DNA from: Selaginella moellendorffii
Lineage: Eukaryota > Plantae > Lycopodiophyta
NCBI RefSeq assembly: GCF_000143415.4
Contig: NW_003314332.1
Coordinates: forward strand, 868,001 to 932,000
DNA length: 64,000 nucleotides
Direction: 5' to 3'
The notes below the pieces were generated by a model, which was not told where the DNA came from, made no database searches, and worked only from the letters and a program-made list of their open reading frames with translations. The translations under genes and the position numbers were made by a program. Each line of letters opens with the position of its first letter. Positions within the stretch are counted from its first letter, which is position 1. Below are positions 36,160-48,530 of this stretch, piece after piece.

Positions 36160-37805
36160 CAATGGGGCTTTTCATATTTATCCTCTTGAAAACCATAGAG
36201 GTCCAGTTTCGACATGCTCGAAACTGGCAAAGAGCATATAGGGGGGTTGAGATGAAGGGAGGATCCCTGGAACTAGAGTGCGGTTCGGTTTTGTGCAGAT
36301 CAGATCAGGGAACTAGTGTCCGGTTCTGTGCTGCCCAAAGCCATGCCACTCACTCTGCAAACGCGTGCTCCCTATCCGTACTGGTGGTGAACTTCGCGCC
36401 TTATCCATGGTCCCCAGCCTCATCTCTCCCATGTGGTTGCATCTACAGATGTGAAGGACTTGAGTCGATCGTGAGATCAGTGAAGGTACACCACCCTTGC
36501 TTGATCTCCATCTGTATGACGCCTACAGTTTTCCAGAGATATAAGAAGCCCCTGGAGATGTACTGTCCTGGATCCCACAGTGCAGTGAACTGAGGAGTGT
36601 GCCGTCTCCGGTAATGGTGATGCTGCTGCTGCCTGGGAGTCCTCTCCTTGCTGCTGTGTGACTGATCCCCTCCAACTGGGATTGCTGTTTCCAGCCTCCC
36701 ATCAGGCCGTGCAAGTGTAGTGCCGCCACGCTAGTCCCACGGCCTCATACCAGTGTAGCCGTACCCTTGGTGCTATCCATCTGGAATCACAACCAAAGGC
36801 GAGCTGCTCCTTTCGGATCCGAGTTGAAGCTACGTTTCCGTACTCCAACAAGCTAGCCTGATGCAGCTTCTAACACGAGCCGTGCCCCTCGAAACATCCC
36901 ATACATCAAATGGCGTTGCTCCGAGTGCCTTGATCATGGTGGATCCACAACCAAGGCAAGAAAGGAATCAGTCAACACAGCTGTACCGTACAAATTGGGA
37001 CTTCAGTGTGCCGTCGAAAGTTGTTCCTTTGCCGATTGGGACTAGGTGTACAATCGGAGGGTAGGGAAGTGCTGCCACGTAGTTTGAAGGACCCGGTGCG
37101 TGTCGGAGAATAGTGTCCTTTGCATATTCAAACGAGCAGCCGTAACAGCGCCAAGCGAGTTGTCCCCTCCTTACGTGGAGCTTGGCTCTCCAGACCCCAA
37201 TAATCCAAACCCCAAGTGAATGAGGAAGGAAGGACGCTGCCGATGAGGTTCTGTGCAGCTAGTGTCCTTGGAAGAAGTTCCAGCAACCGTGGACTCCAAA
37301 GCCCCCAACTTGAACCATGTTCCGAAATTTGAACGTTTGGATCTTGCTCGTGAACCGTTGGATTGCCACGAAGTTTTGCTGGCGTGTGCTCCTTCGGAGG
37401 ATCTATCTTCCCACCGTTGCTATCGGCGAAAAGGTACGTGGTTCAGCCGCCACCGCAATCCCTAGGTCGTCCATAACCCTAGCCGCCACCAGAGATAGGG
37501 TCGCCTTGATCTCCTGATTCCTGGCTCCAAATCGCCTGTTCTTGGACTCAGAATGATCGTGGGGATGTGCTCTCTCCAGCCGTGAAATGGAATCGTGGAA
37601 AGTCCATGTGGAGAGCTTGCAGTGACTAAAAGAGTACTCTTGACGCTTTCTCGCTCATGGAACATGCAAATCCAGTGAAACCAAGGCACGGCTTGCTCTC
37701 AGCATCGTCCTTATTGCTCTCCTAGTCCTACTCCTACTCTGGATCAAGCACCAAAGTCGACTCTCAAGGCGCTCCTCTTCTCGCTAAACTTAGGGTTTCC
37801 TCTCT
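36160..37805 (-). mobile_element. Element E7: 1.65-kb non-autonomous retroposon (family C) with an A-like 3' tail
   Basis: Starts CAATGGGGCTTTT; shares the TTTCGACATGCTCGAAA hairpin and a 5' GGAAACCCTA; no long ORF on its own strand; flanked by target copies. Confidence 0.82.
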
Positions 37806-37854
37806 CTAGTCTGCTAGTCCGACTTTGTCAATGGGGTTTTAATTAGTTTATCCT

Positions 37855-40800
37855 CTACAAACCATAGAGTCCGATTTCGACATGCTCGAAACCGGGAAAG
37901 AGCTCTTCAAGATTTTTAGGGGGGTGGGACGAGGGGGACAAAGTAGAACTGGTACTCGAGCCCGTGATGTCCGATGTCCAAGCTTCCGAAGTTCCTGGTG
38001 TGGAACTCTGTTGACTCGGGGAGGTACACGTGCCTTCGTTCCTGAACATGTGCTGCCAAATCCATATTGGTGGCTTCCATGTCCATTCTTCTTCTCCAGC
38101 CTTACTTCTTCCTCTAAAAAACGGCCACAGCTTCTTCTCCTTCGCTATCCTCCCTTCCTCGCCTCGTTTGATCAGCGTGTCCAGGCGGGCCGCGAGTGAG
38201 ACAATCAGTCTGGACCAAACCTTTGAGATAGTTGCTCGAGCCGAAGGGTCCGTGTCCTCGAACAGCCTGGCGCAGCGAGCCTTCCATATCTCTGCTAGTG
38301 TGCATCCCCGAAGCGCATCGAAGAGCTCCTGGTGGACATGCGTAATGTGTGTCCGAGTTTGGTTGAGTTGATCAAAGTGTGGGGCCTCGTTGTGTCTCCA
38401 CTTCCATGCATCAGGATTCTTTGTTTTTCCCTGGATGAAGCTACCCCAGAGCGCTGATTCGTATGTGATTGCAGCTCCTCCGGTTGACGTTCGTTTGAGT
38501 ACCGCTGCTGCACCTTCCCATACTTCCTGTGCTGCCGGACATTCCCATAAGATGTGTCGCTGTGTTTCTGTGGCGCCACATGTCTTGCAGGCTGTGTTCG
38601 GAAGATGTATGGCGACCAGAGAGGGAAGACGTTCTTGTTGGGCCAGCCACATGAAGTATCGGTTCTTAGCTGACCAGCGCCCCTTCCAGATCTTGTTGAT
38701 GCAGTGTGAGTGGTTCCTGGAACTGATCTGTTGGGCCTTTGCTTTCTGGATGAGGGAGGATCGAGTCGGCACCCTGATCAGTTTGCGGCCTAGCTTGGTC
38801 TCATACTGGAAGAAGTCCTTGCACGTGGTTCCCCTCCAATGCCACTCTGCAGGATCCCACTTGAGTTCGTCCAAGGTTTGTTGGCGGAACCAGTAGAGGC
38901 GAGCATATTGGTTTTCTGGTATCGATGGATCAACGTTGGCAGTTTTTTTCTCCATTTGAATCACTCTAATCGGTTTAGCTCTGCTCATGTTGGGGAGGTC
39001 CTCGTACTCGGGGGTAACGATGGGGTACAAGCGTCCAGCCTATCCTGCCTCAAAAACTAGTCCCGATGCCATGTTGGGGAGGGTGCATACGATCGATTCA
39101 TCCACCTTCCACCAACGATGGTGCTGATCTTCTTGCAGGTTTAGTCGTTCAAGGCATGCGTGTTTGGCTGCTAAAAAGGCTGTCTGGAATTTATGCATCC
39201 TGTGTTCCGAGATGGTTAATCCATAGAAAGCTCTGATTCGGTCGCGGTTGTGGGCCGTCTGGTTGGGCTGGATCATGGTGTCTGCCTCTGCAAAGGTTCT
39301 CATCCCTGCTTTGTGCAGGTCTCTGCATGTCTGGTCCAGGCCACGATCCTCTGAAGCTCCGAGCGTTTTACCCTGGACAGCGAAGAGTTTGCTCAGGAAA
39401 ATTGGCTGCCGGTCCAGTTGTTCTTTGGTACGAGGTGGTTTACATTCCAACTTGCACTTAAATTGCCTCCAGAGCTTGAACAGCTTCCCTGAGAATGTGT
39501 GAGCCTTTGTCATTTTGAGTTTGGTGTCTGAGAAGAGCCATTGTTCGTCTGACGCCCAGTTTTGTCTGGTGTGCTCGTTCCTGTCCGGGAGGACTTTCAA
39601 AAATTGTGCTCGCAGCAGTATTCTACATGGTTGGTGGCTAGGCATGAGCATCCTTGTGAAAATCTTGAAGAGAAGAGCCTTGCATTGTTCTTCGATGTCA
39701 ATGATATTGAGGCCCCCTTCGTGCTTCGGAAGTGTTACTGACCGCCAGTTGACCTTTGCTCCACCACGCGACACGCAGGAGGAGCCTTTCCAGACATAGG
39801 TACGAATGAGTTGGTTCATTTCCTGGATCGTTCGCCTGTCCATGTTCCAGCATGCTGCCAGGAACCAGATCGCTCCAAGCAGGATGCTGTTAGCCACCAC
39901 GCAGCGTGCTGAGAACGATAGTTTTCTGCTCGCCCAGAACTTGAGTTGATCCCTTAGTTTTGTTACAGCTTTTTGGTTCTGGGGTTCTGGATCATATTGG
40001 CGTCCCACTTGAAATCCAAGGTAGCGGGTGGTCTCCTCCGTGTCCAGCCATTTGAAACCCAGCGCCGTGCCCCATGTTGGAGGTCTGCCGGGGGGGAGCC
40101 ATAGTCCTACCGATTTGTGCCAGTTTATTTTCGATCCCATGGCCTCATTGAAAAAATCCAGGTCCCTTTTGATGTTTGAGAGGTTCTCCGGTGATCCCTC
40201 CCCGATCAGGCTTGTGTCATCTACAAAGGCTGAGGATAGGAGGTCCTCCTTTGAGGCTTCGTTCATGTCCTGAAGCGTGGCACCGCAGCCTGGAAGGGGC
40301 ATACCTTTTGGACCCTGTGGTCGGGCAAGGTAGTAGGCCAGAGCATCCGCAACAAACAGGAACAGGTATGGTGCGAGGGGGCATCCTTGGCGGACTGATC
40401 TTTCAAGTTTGAAGGACTGTCCCATGGTTCCATTGATTGTAACCCTGCTCGATGCCGAGTGGTATAGGGATGCTGTCCATTCCACGAACTGCAGAGGAAC
40501 TCCTTGCTTGATCATTATGGCCTGTAGAACTTTCCAATCCACCCGGTCGTAAGCTTTTTCAAAGTCCAGGAGAATGATTGCAATCTGCTCTGCCGTGTCT
40601 TTGGTGTGTTCTTGCACCAGCAGCACTGTTAGGAGATTGTCCACGATTTGTCTGCTGTCTACGAAACCGTTCTGCGTCTCCTTGATTGTTTCTGGGAGCA
40701 GAGGCTTGAGGTGTGAGGCCAAGGCTTTTGCTACGATCTTGTACATGGTGTTCAGCATAGAGATGGGCCTCCAGTTCTTGAGGTGGGACATATCTCCTTT

Positions 40801-42375
40801 TTTTGGTATCAGAGCAATGATCCCATCCGTAGCTCCTTCCGGCCACTTCCCAGCTCGCATGGTTTCTTGCCACATCTTGAGAACTTCTGGTCCGATCCAG
40901 TCCCAGTTTTGTTTGTAGAAGGCTGGTGGCATGCTGTCCTCCCCTGGCATCTTGTCGTCCTTGAGGTCATCCAGGGCGTCCTTTAATTCTCGCAGCGTGA
41001 AAGGTCTCATTACTCCGGTGTTCATTGCTGGGGTGTACTTGGTCGGGATATGTTCCAGCACTCTTTCAAGTTTCTCTTGCCTGACCTCATCCTATGGTTC
41101 CTCCTTGAAAAGCTGCGAGTAGTAGTGTTCTGCCATGTTGTGCATGTCATCGATCTCTGTGTGCAGTTGCCCTTGTTCGTCCTTCAATCCGAACATTGGT
41201 GGGGAGACCACTTTAGATCTTATGGATCGATAGAACTCCCTGTTCAGCGCGAGTTCACTTGCGTGCCATCTAATGTGTCCTGCTTTTAGGAAGGCTTCCA
41301 TCTTGTCGGCCTCTATCCTTTCCAGTTGGCGCTTAACCTGGATTTTTTGAGCTTGTAGCCAGGGGTCGTCCGGGTTGCTGCGAAGGTCAGTGTTGATCGA
41401 GGCCAGGAGACTCCGAACCTTTTGGACTGTGTTAAAGACACCTCTCCTATCTTTCCGGATCTTGGCTCGAGCCTTTTGAGCGATTTGAAGGGTGAAGGAG
41501 TGTAGGTTCCCCTTGTGTTTCTCCCATTGCTCGTGTGCCCAGTTATTGTTGGCTTGCTCCTCAAAGAACTTCTTGGGTATGGCAACTGGCTTCCTTGGAC
41601 CTCTCGATCTTCGAAAGGGAAGTGTGAGTCTAATTGGATGGTGGTCCGAGAAGTCCGTGTAGGTGTTGTCAATGTCCAACTTCCCCCCTTGCATGCACAG
41701 GTCCATGGTGAGGTAGAAGCGGTCCAGACGACGTTGTATGCCTCTGCGTTGACGTTCTCGCCATGTGAAACGTGGTTCGTGTGTCACAAACCCCGGGATC
41801 TCGTAAGCGTCGCAGGTGCCAATTTGTAAGAGGAATGAGTTCCATGCAAGGCGTTCCGCACGTGTACGTCTATCCTGGATTATGCCTCCCTGTTTGTCCT
41901 CCTCGTGATCCACGAAATTGAAGTCTCCAGCCAGGATCCAGTCATCGATTCCAGAGGGAAGACGACGCTGCAGAACTCGGAAGAAGTGTGCTCGTGAGGT
42001 GGAGCGGGAAGCCGGGGCGTAGATGTTCAACAGGCCTATGGTTCGGGCATTTACTTTTAACACTATCATGTGAGCACGTCCAGGGATTAGGATCTGGTGC
42101 GAGGTGCTGAGGGATTGCCATGGTCCTTTGGCGATGATGAGGGTTCCTCCTCGCCTTCCAACTGCAGGGTTCCAGAAGTGTTCGCCTTGTGAAACCTTAA
42201 AGATTGTCTGGTGTTCTTGCATTCTATGCTCCTGGAAACAGAAAAAGTCACACTTTCCTATCACTCCTTCTAATTGGCGAAGGTATTGTCGTAGCCTCGC
42301 CTTCTTGTCATTCCATAGCACTCCGTCTTTACTAATGCCTCCTACATTCCATGATAGCACGCTGAGATCAGTCAT
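37855..42375 (-). pseudogene. Family-A ORF2 (~1500 aa), copy E8
   Basis: One frame with two in-frame stops (41092, 39040); APE, RT and CKTC..ETQRHILWEC. Confidence 0.93.
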
Positions 42376-45300
42376 TGGCCTTGTTTGTAGTGATCCGATC
42401 GCGTTCCACCCATGAGAATTCGCGATCTCTCCCTCCTCTCACGGGGATGACGCCGCTTTTGGTGAGAAGGGCTGCGTGCAGCTCCATGTTGGTGCCCACG
42501 ATTGTGGCCTTGTCTACTTCCACATGGTACCTAAGATCCTTGATTACCTCGGACGCTTCCAGAAAGCTGTGTACTCCATTCTCTGGGAGCTGATCACGCG
42601 CCATGTGGAATGTGGGGGTGACATATCCGACCGGAGGGCCACTCCAGAGTGCTAGGTACTTCCGGGGACGTGTGTTGCTTACATGGAGCCACAGGTTGAC
42701 TTTGAGTCGCGTGAACCGTCGGGAGGAGGACGCTCGCCCTCGCGGCACCTGGTCCTCTGATGGGGATCTCTCCACTCGTGCTCGTTCTGGGGACGGGGGG
42801 CGTTGGACTGTGTGTTGTCCACCCCGCTGGTCGCTTGTCCTCTCAGGTGAAGCTTGTCCGTCCGTCGGTGTTTCTTCCCTGCGCATTGACACTCTGTCGG
42901 ACTGTCTCCTAGCTGTTCCTCCTTGAGCCGAAGGGCTTCTCCTTCTTTTTCCCCGGTCCTGCATCGGCTTAGAGGGTGTCGCTGCTGCTGGGGGTGTTGT
43001 CCTAGATTCCTGGATATGGATCGGGTGCACTTTCCCCATGATCCGGATCTTATTCGGGATTGGCGCCTTTCCAGTGTACAGAACGTGGATGAGTTGGTCC
43101 CCTGACTCCTCCCTTGTCGCCCGTTTCCCTAGGTACTGAGCGAAGCCCTCCACCATCATTGCCAGGAACACCGGGGTGTTGTCTGTCTCGCACAGGTCCT
43201 CGACGAGTAGATCCAGCTCCATTGTTGGGCGGTGAACCAAGTCCTTCTGGCTCGGGGAGAATCCTGGCGGAAACTTGTAGAAGAACAACTCGTGTGTTGG
43301 TCTCGTCACCCTCTGCTTTAGGACCAGGGCTCGCCGGTTTTTCTCCGTGCTCACCTCCACGCTGTAGCAGTTCCGGCCGAGGAACGTGACTGGTCTCCCC
43401 CGGAACGACACTCCTGCCTCTTTGAAACCATCCTCGAGCCCTTCCAGTGCTGCTTGCCGGGCTGGTTTGTTCCCTTCAAAGATTGCCAGGATCAAGTTCT
43501 TGGCTGCCTTGGCTTGACGTTCCTGCAGTTCCATGAGGACCTCGTTTGCCTCCACTTGTAGCTCTCCTGGGACTGGTGCCGTGACATCCGACATTGCCGG
43601 TGCAGCAGCTGAGTGGGGTGAAACGGTCTTCTTCACGTCCATGTCCAACTCTTCCACCCTTGTCCATCCGAGATAGAGTACGTCCGACTCCTTCCTCTTC
43701 TTGAGTGGGACGGCTGGAATTGCTTTCTCCTTGGTGGTCCCGGTCGAAGCTCTCGGAGCTGGTGTTTCTGGGACCTTTGTGAGCGCTGGGGAGGTCTCTT
43801 CGATCTGATCCCCCTCCGAGTCCCCCTCTTTCCTCTGTCTCTCCTCTGTCACCGCTTGGATGACTCGTTCCCTCTGCTGTGTGTCCATGAAAAGCGCGCT
43901 CAAACCCGGCGAGGCAGAGTGTGAGTCAGGCAGGGTCTGTTGTGGCGTGTTCTCCAGCATTTCGTCCGCATACTTGCCGATTCCCTCCAAAGCTGATATC
44001 GATGGGATCCTTTCAACTGTGGGCGTCCTGGCCGGTGGTGTTGTGTTCAGCGGGGGGGTGATTGTTTGCTTGGAGGATGAGGCGTCTGAAGCTCCCTTTG
44101 GTTTTTTGCCCCCTGTTGCGGTCTGGTTCTTCTTCTTTGTGATCTTGACTGTATCGGCAGACGAGGAGGGAGCGGCTCGAGTCGGCTCTGGTTCTGGTTC
44201 CACCGCTTCGTTGTCCTTCGGGGGCGGCGGTGGGCGCTGCTTGAGCTTGATCGAGAGTCTCGTCCCCGTGCTTCTCGTTTCTGGTCGAGGCTCCGCCGTA
44301 GGTCTCTCCTCATCGTCAGGGGTGTTCTGAGTCGTGTCTGTGCGAGGGGGCTCTTCCAGTTCGTCTTCCAGTGGTGGACCTCGCTTTCGCATGTTCTTTG
44401 TATGCGGCATTTCCTTCTTTGTTCCGATCCTGTGTTCAGTAAAGAGTTCACAGATCACCGCTACTCCACGAGGGTGCTGTGGTGATTCTGCTGAGGTACT
44501 GCTGGCAGTTTTTTGAGTCGAAGAGGGGGGTGTATGGGGGGAGGCGTGTGGGGGGTCAAGCCTTGGGGAAGAAAGGGGAGAGAGATCGACGTGTGATCGC
44601 GAGGGTGGAGCGGAGACAAATCGGGGAGCTAGGGGATTGGAAGGAGAACCGACCTCTTGGTTGTTGGCGTGATGGTCCTCTCCTTTTCTCTTTGCTCTGC
44701 TTGCTTTCTTCCGCTCTCCAGTCACTCTCGAGTTCGATTGAACTTTTCCGGGCAGGGGCAAGTTTAGGGTTGTTGCTACTGCTCTTGGCGGGGGAGCACG
44801 TGATGCGTGTGATTGGGCATGCTCCGTCTTAAGTTCGCCTTGGATTTTGGTGATATAACGTGATCTTGGCGATTCTCCTGCCGTACGTTGTGTTGGTTCG
44901 AGGACTGCCCTCTTGATGATTGTCGGGGTGATGGTGACATGGGGGGGGGAATGTTCCCTGGTGACACGTGGGGGATGGTGACATCATTTTTCTTTTCCTT
45001 CGTCGTCTCTCCCTTCTGTTCTGGACCGTGTGATCTTGTCTTAGTTGATCTTAGCCGTGGCTGGGACTTGTGCTTGGGGAGGGTCGCCGATCCATTGGTT
45101 GGGGTTTGCTTCTCGCAATTCAATGGTTGTGATGCTGATCGGCTCGGTACGTGTACGGTCATCCTTGTGCGTGGTTTTTTGGTGTTGGTCGCTGTCTCCT
45201 CCGGGCCATTGGATCTTTTTTCGGATGATCCTGACCGTGCTTGGGACTTAGCCATTTCTTGCATGGGCTTCGTCTGAGCGGGAAGAAATTTTTGATCGGG

Positions 45301-45453
45301 CAGATCATGGATTCTTGGGGAGGGATGCTCCCGGCCGGGTGAAAAACGATCTGGAGGTGGAACAATTAATCGAAGTCCATACCTGTGTGCTCCTTGCCTT
45401 GACATCTTTTGCAGTTCTGAGGTCCGGGGGAGGACCACGTTTTGCCGGTTCAT
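42368..45453 (-). pseudogene. Family-A ORF1, copy E8
   Basis: ORFs 44776-45453 and 42368-44761, frameshifted in a G run relative to E6. Confidence 0.85.
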
Positions 45454-46247
45454 GGGTGTTGGGGAGGACGGTCTTTGTGGGTCATTGAGAGCTGTCCCAA
45501 GTGCTGCTGGGTATCAATCCAAGTCCGTCAGACTGTCCGTGTTCGTCCTTTGCTGCTACGCCCGCGAAGTGCCCTTCTAGTGTCCTCGTGTTCTAAGGAC
45601 CAGAACTTGGAGTGATTGGCACTTATTTTGCTTCTCGGGTGCTTCTGTCCCTTTCCAGTGCTTCAGGCGTCCCTTCCTCCGGTCAGGCGTGGCCCCCTTC
45701 TTGCTTTTGCTTTTTTTTTTTTTTTCTTGGGGAAAGGGGGGGGAGCGGGACTTCTGCCACTGATCGGTCCGCTGTTGAGTCCTCTTTTTGATCAACCAGG
45801 AGGGACCAAAGAAGATTGTGGACCGTGAAGCCAGCAATCCTATTGGGACTGGTGATCCTGGAGCGATCTCTTCACTACCCAAATGGATCCGCGTGGACCT
45901 TCTGTTGGGTGGAGCGAGCTTGAACCAGGGGATTCTTGGCGGTGTCAGTCAGCAGCACTGTGGGGGGATTAGAACGATGGGGAAGAGATCGGGATCGTTG
46001 CAAGGGAAGCGCCTGACCGGCGGGGAGCCGTGGAGAACCGGGACCTTTGCACAGCCAGTACCGAGATCGACAAGTGGGTTCCGCACACTCTAGAGTTCGG
46101 CCGTGAACCAAGGCGCCTAGTAGCAGATCCATGGCGAGCAGTTGGGGAGCGAACCAGGAAGCTGTGGGAAGTGGGGGGGATGAGAGCGCCGGAACTTTGA
46201 GGAGCGCCTTGCACCTAGGGTTTCCATCTCCGCTAGTCCGACTTTGT

Positions 46248-46585
46248 CAATGGGGTTTTAATTAGTTTATCCTCTACAAACCATAGAGTCCGATTTCGAC
46301 ATGCTCGAAACCAGGAAAGAGCTCTTCAAGATTTTTAGGGGGGGTGGGACAAGGGGGACAAAGTAGAACTGGTACTCGAGCCCGTGATGTCTGATGTCCA
46401 AGCTTCTGAAGTTCCTGGTGTGGAACTCTGTCGACTCGGGGAGGTACACGTGCCTTCGTTCCTGAACATGTGCTGCCAAATCCATATTGGTGGCTTCCAC
46501 GTCCATTCTTCTTCTCCAGCCTCGCTTCTTCCTCTAAAAAACGGCCACAGCTTCTTCTCCTTCGCTATCTTCCCTTCCTCGCCTA
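46248..46585 (-). mobile_element. Element E9: 338-bp 5'-truncated family-A LINE
   Basis: Family-A 3' tail; next target copy 46586-46600 continues into 25S rRNA. Confidence 0.93.
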
Positions 46586-47562
46586 CTAGTCCGACTTTGT
46601 GAAATGACTTGAGAGGTGTAGAATAAGTGGGAGCTTCGGTGCAAGTGAAATACCACTACTTTCAACGTTATTTTACTTACTCCGTGAGGTGGAGACGGGG
46701 CCTGGCCCCTTCTTCTTGTCCCAAGGCCGGCTCATGCCGGCCGATCCAGGCAGATGACATTGTCAGGTGGGGAGTTTGGCTTTGGCGGCACATCTGTTAA
46801 AAGATAACACAGGTGTCCTAAGATGAGCTCAACGAGAACAGAAATCTCGTGTGGAACAAAAGGGTAAAAGCTCATTTGATTTTGATCTTTAGTACGGATA
46901 CAAACTGCGAAAGCATGGCCTGTCGATCCTTTAGTGTTTCCAAATTTGAAGCTAGAGGTGTCAGAAAAGTTACCACAGGTATAACTGGCTTGTGGCAGCC
47001 AAGCGTTCATAGCGACGTTGCTTTTTGATCCTTCGATGTTGGCTCTTCCTATCAATGTGAAGCAGAATTCACCAAGTGTTGGATTGTTCACCCACCAATA
47101 GGGAACGTGAGCTGGGTTTAGACCGTCATGAGACAGGTTAGTTTTACCCTACTGATGAGCTGTGCCACAATAGTAATTCCACTTAGTACGAGAGGAACTG
47201 TTGATTCGCACAATTGGTAATTGCGCTTGGTTGAAAAGCTAGTGGCGCGAAGCTACCATGCGTGGGATTATGACTGAACGCCTCTAAGTCAGAATCCGTG
47301 CTAGATGTGGTGCTCTCTACCTCCTCAGCTGTTACCTGATTAAGGTTAGGGGGGCCCCGTGCTCCCCCGAGAACACATGATGCAACCGCCATCCCCCGGG
47401 GCCGATGCTGCCCCGGGGGCGCGGCTTGGAAATCCAATTTCGAACGGTCGAGGAGATAAATCCTTTGCAGATGACTTAAATAGGGGATGGGGTACTGTAA
47501 GTGGCAGAGTAGCCTTGCTGCTACGATCTGCTGAGGTTCATCCCTCTGTCCCACTGATTTGT
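46586..47562 (+). rRNA. 25S/26S rRNA 3' portion, degenerate
   Basis: CTAGTCCGACTTTGTGAAATGACTTGAGAGG, GTCAGGTGGGGAGTTTGG and the sarcin-ricin loop AGTACGAGAGGAAC. Many CpG transitions at conserved sites (GATGTTGGCTC, ACCGTCATGAGAC). Confidence 0.97.
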
Positions 47563-47675
47563 CCCACCCACCGAAGGAATAAAACTGAGGGGTACGGCTT
47601 TCCCTAGCCCGACGGACTGGGCAACACGAGCTTGGGCTCAGGCTCGAGCGCGTAAGGTGAAGTGCTTGACTCCCT

Positions 47676-48530
47676 GGGGTGAAGTGCTTGTCTCCCTGGG
47701 GCATGGTAGGCCACAAGCACTGGAAGGATGCGAGTGGGGGATGCAAGTGTTGGGCAGCCGAGGTCAAACCTTGGGTGCCTAGCTCCACACCCCCAGCTGG
47801 ACTTCCAGTGCATGTACGGGCTGCCAGGCTCCTCCCCACGTGCACCATGTCGGGGTCTGACTCGGGCTCCATCTCGGACTCGGGTTCCAGCTCGAACATG
47901 GACACGTGGGGGTGAAAGCCCAAAGCGCTTGTCTCCCTGGGGCGTGGTAGGCCGCCAGCACCAGAAGGATAGTGGGGGATGCGAGTGTTGGGCAGCCGAG
48001 GTCAAACCTCAGGTGCCCGGCTCCACACCCCCAACTGGACTTCCAGTGCATGTGCGGGCTGCCGGGCTCCTCCCCGCGTGCACCATGTCGGGGTCAGACT
48101 TGGGCATGATCTCGAACTCGGGTTCCGGCTCAGACATGGACACGTGGGGGGAAAGCCCAAAGCGCTTGTCTCCCTGGGGCATGGTAGGCCGCCAGCATTG
48201 GAAGGATAGTGGGGGATGCAAGTGTTGGGCAGCCGAGGTCAGACCTCGGGTGCCCGGCTCCACACCCCCTGCTGGACTTCCTCTGCATGTGCGGGCTGCC
48301 GGGCTCCACCTCGCGTGCACCATGTCGGGGTCAGACTCAGGCTCCATCTCGGACTCGGGTTCCGGCTCGGATATGGACACGTGGGGTGAAAGCCCAAAGC
48401 ACTTGTCTCCCTGGGGCATGGTAGGCTGCGAGCTCTAGAAGCATAGTGGGGGATGGGAGTGTGGGCAGCCGAGGTCAGACCTCGGGTGCCTGGCTCCACA
48501 CCTCCTACTGGACTTCCAGGGCATGCGCGG
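47676..48530 (+). repeat. IGS subrepeats, ~238 bp x about 3.5, related to the putative Pol I promoter
   Basis: Units beginning GGGG(T)GAAAGCCCAAAGC near 47908, 48146 and 48383, with a degenerate first unit near 47676. Confidence 0.9.

Larger units (their letters stand above)
37829..46232 (-). mobile_element. Element E8: full-length family-A LINE (~8.4 kb)
   Basis: Target copies at 37814-37828 and 46233-46247. Confidence 0.95.

Noticed and set aside
27727-46232. R2 or R4 elements
   Set aside because: Two ORFs with an N-terminal APE and no RLE domain seen; antisense orientation; different site.
1211-46600. Recurrent 15-bp direct repeat read as a CRISPR-like array
   Set aside because: The intervening sequences are retrotransposons of 0.2-22 kb, the repeat is rRNA target sequence, and there are no cas genes.
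46732-47923. ORFs 46732-47091, 47183-47923 and 47359-47607
   Set aside because: Spurious translations of rRNA and IGS sequence.
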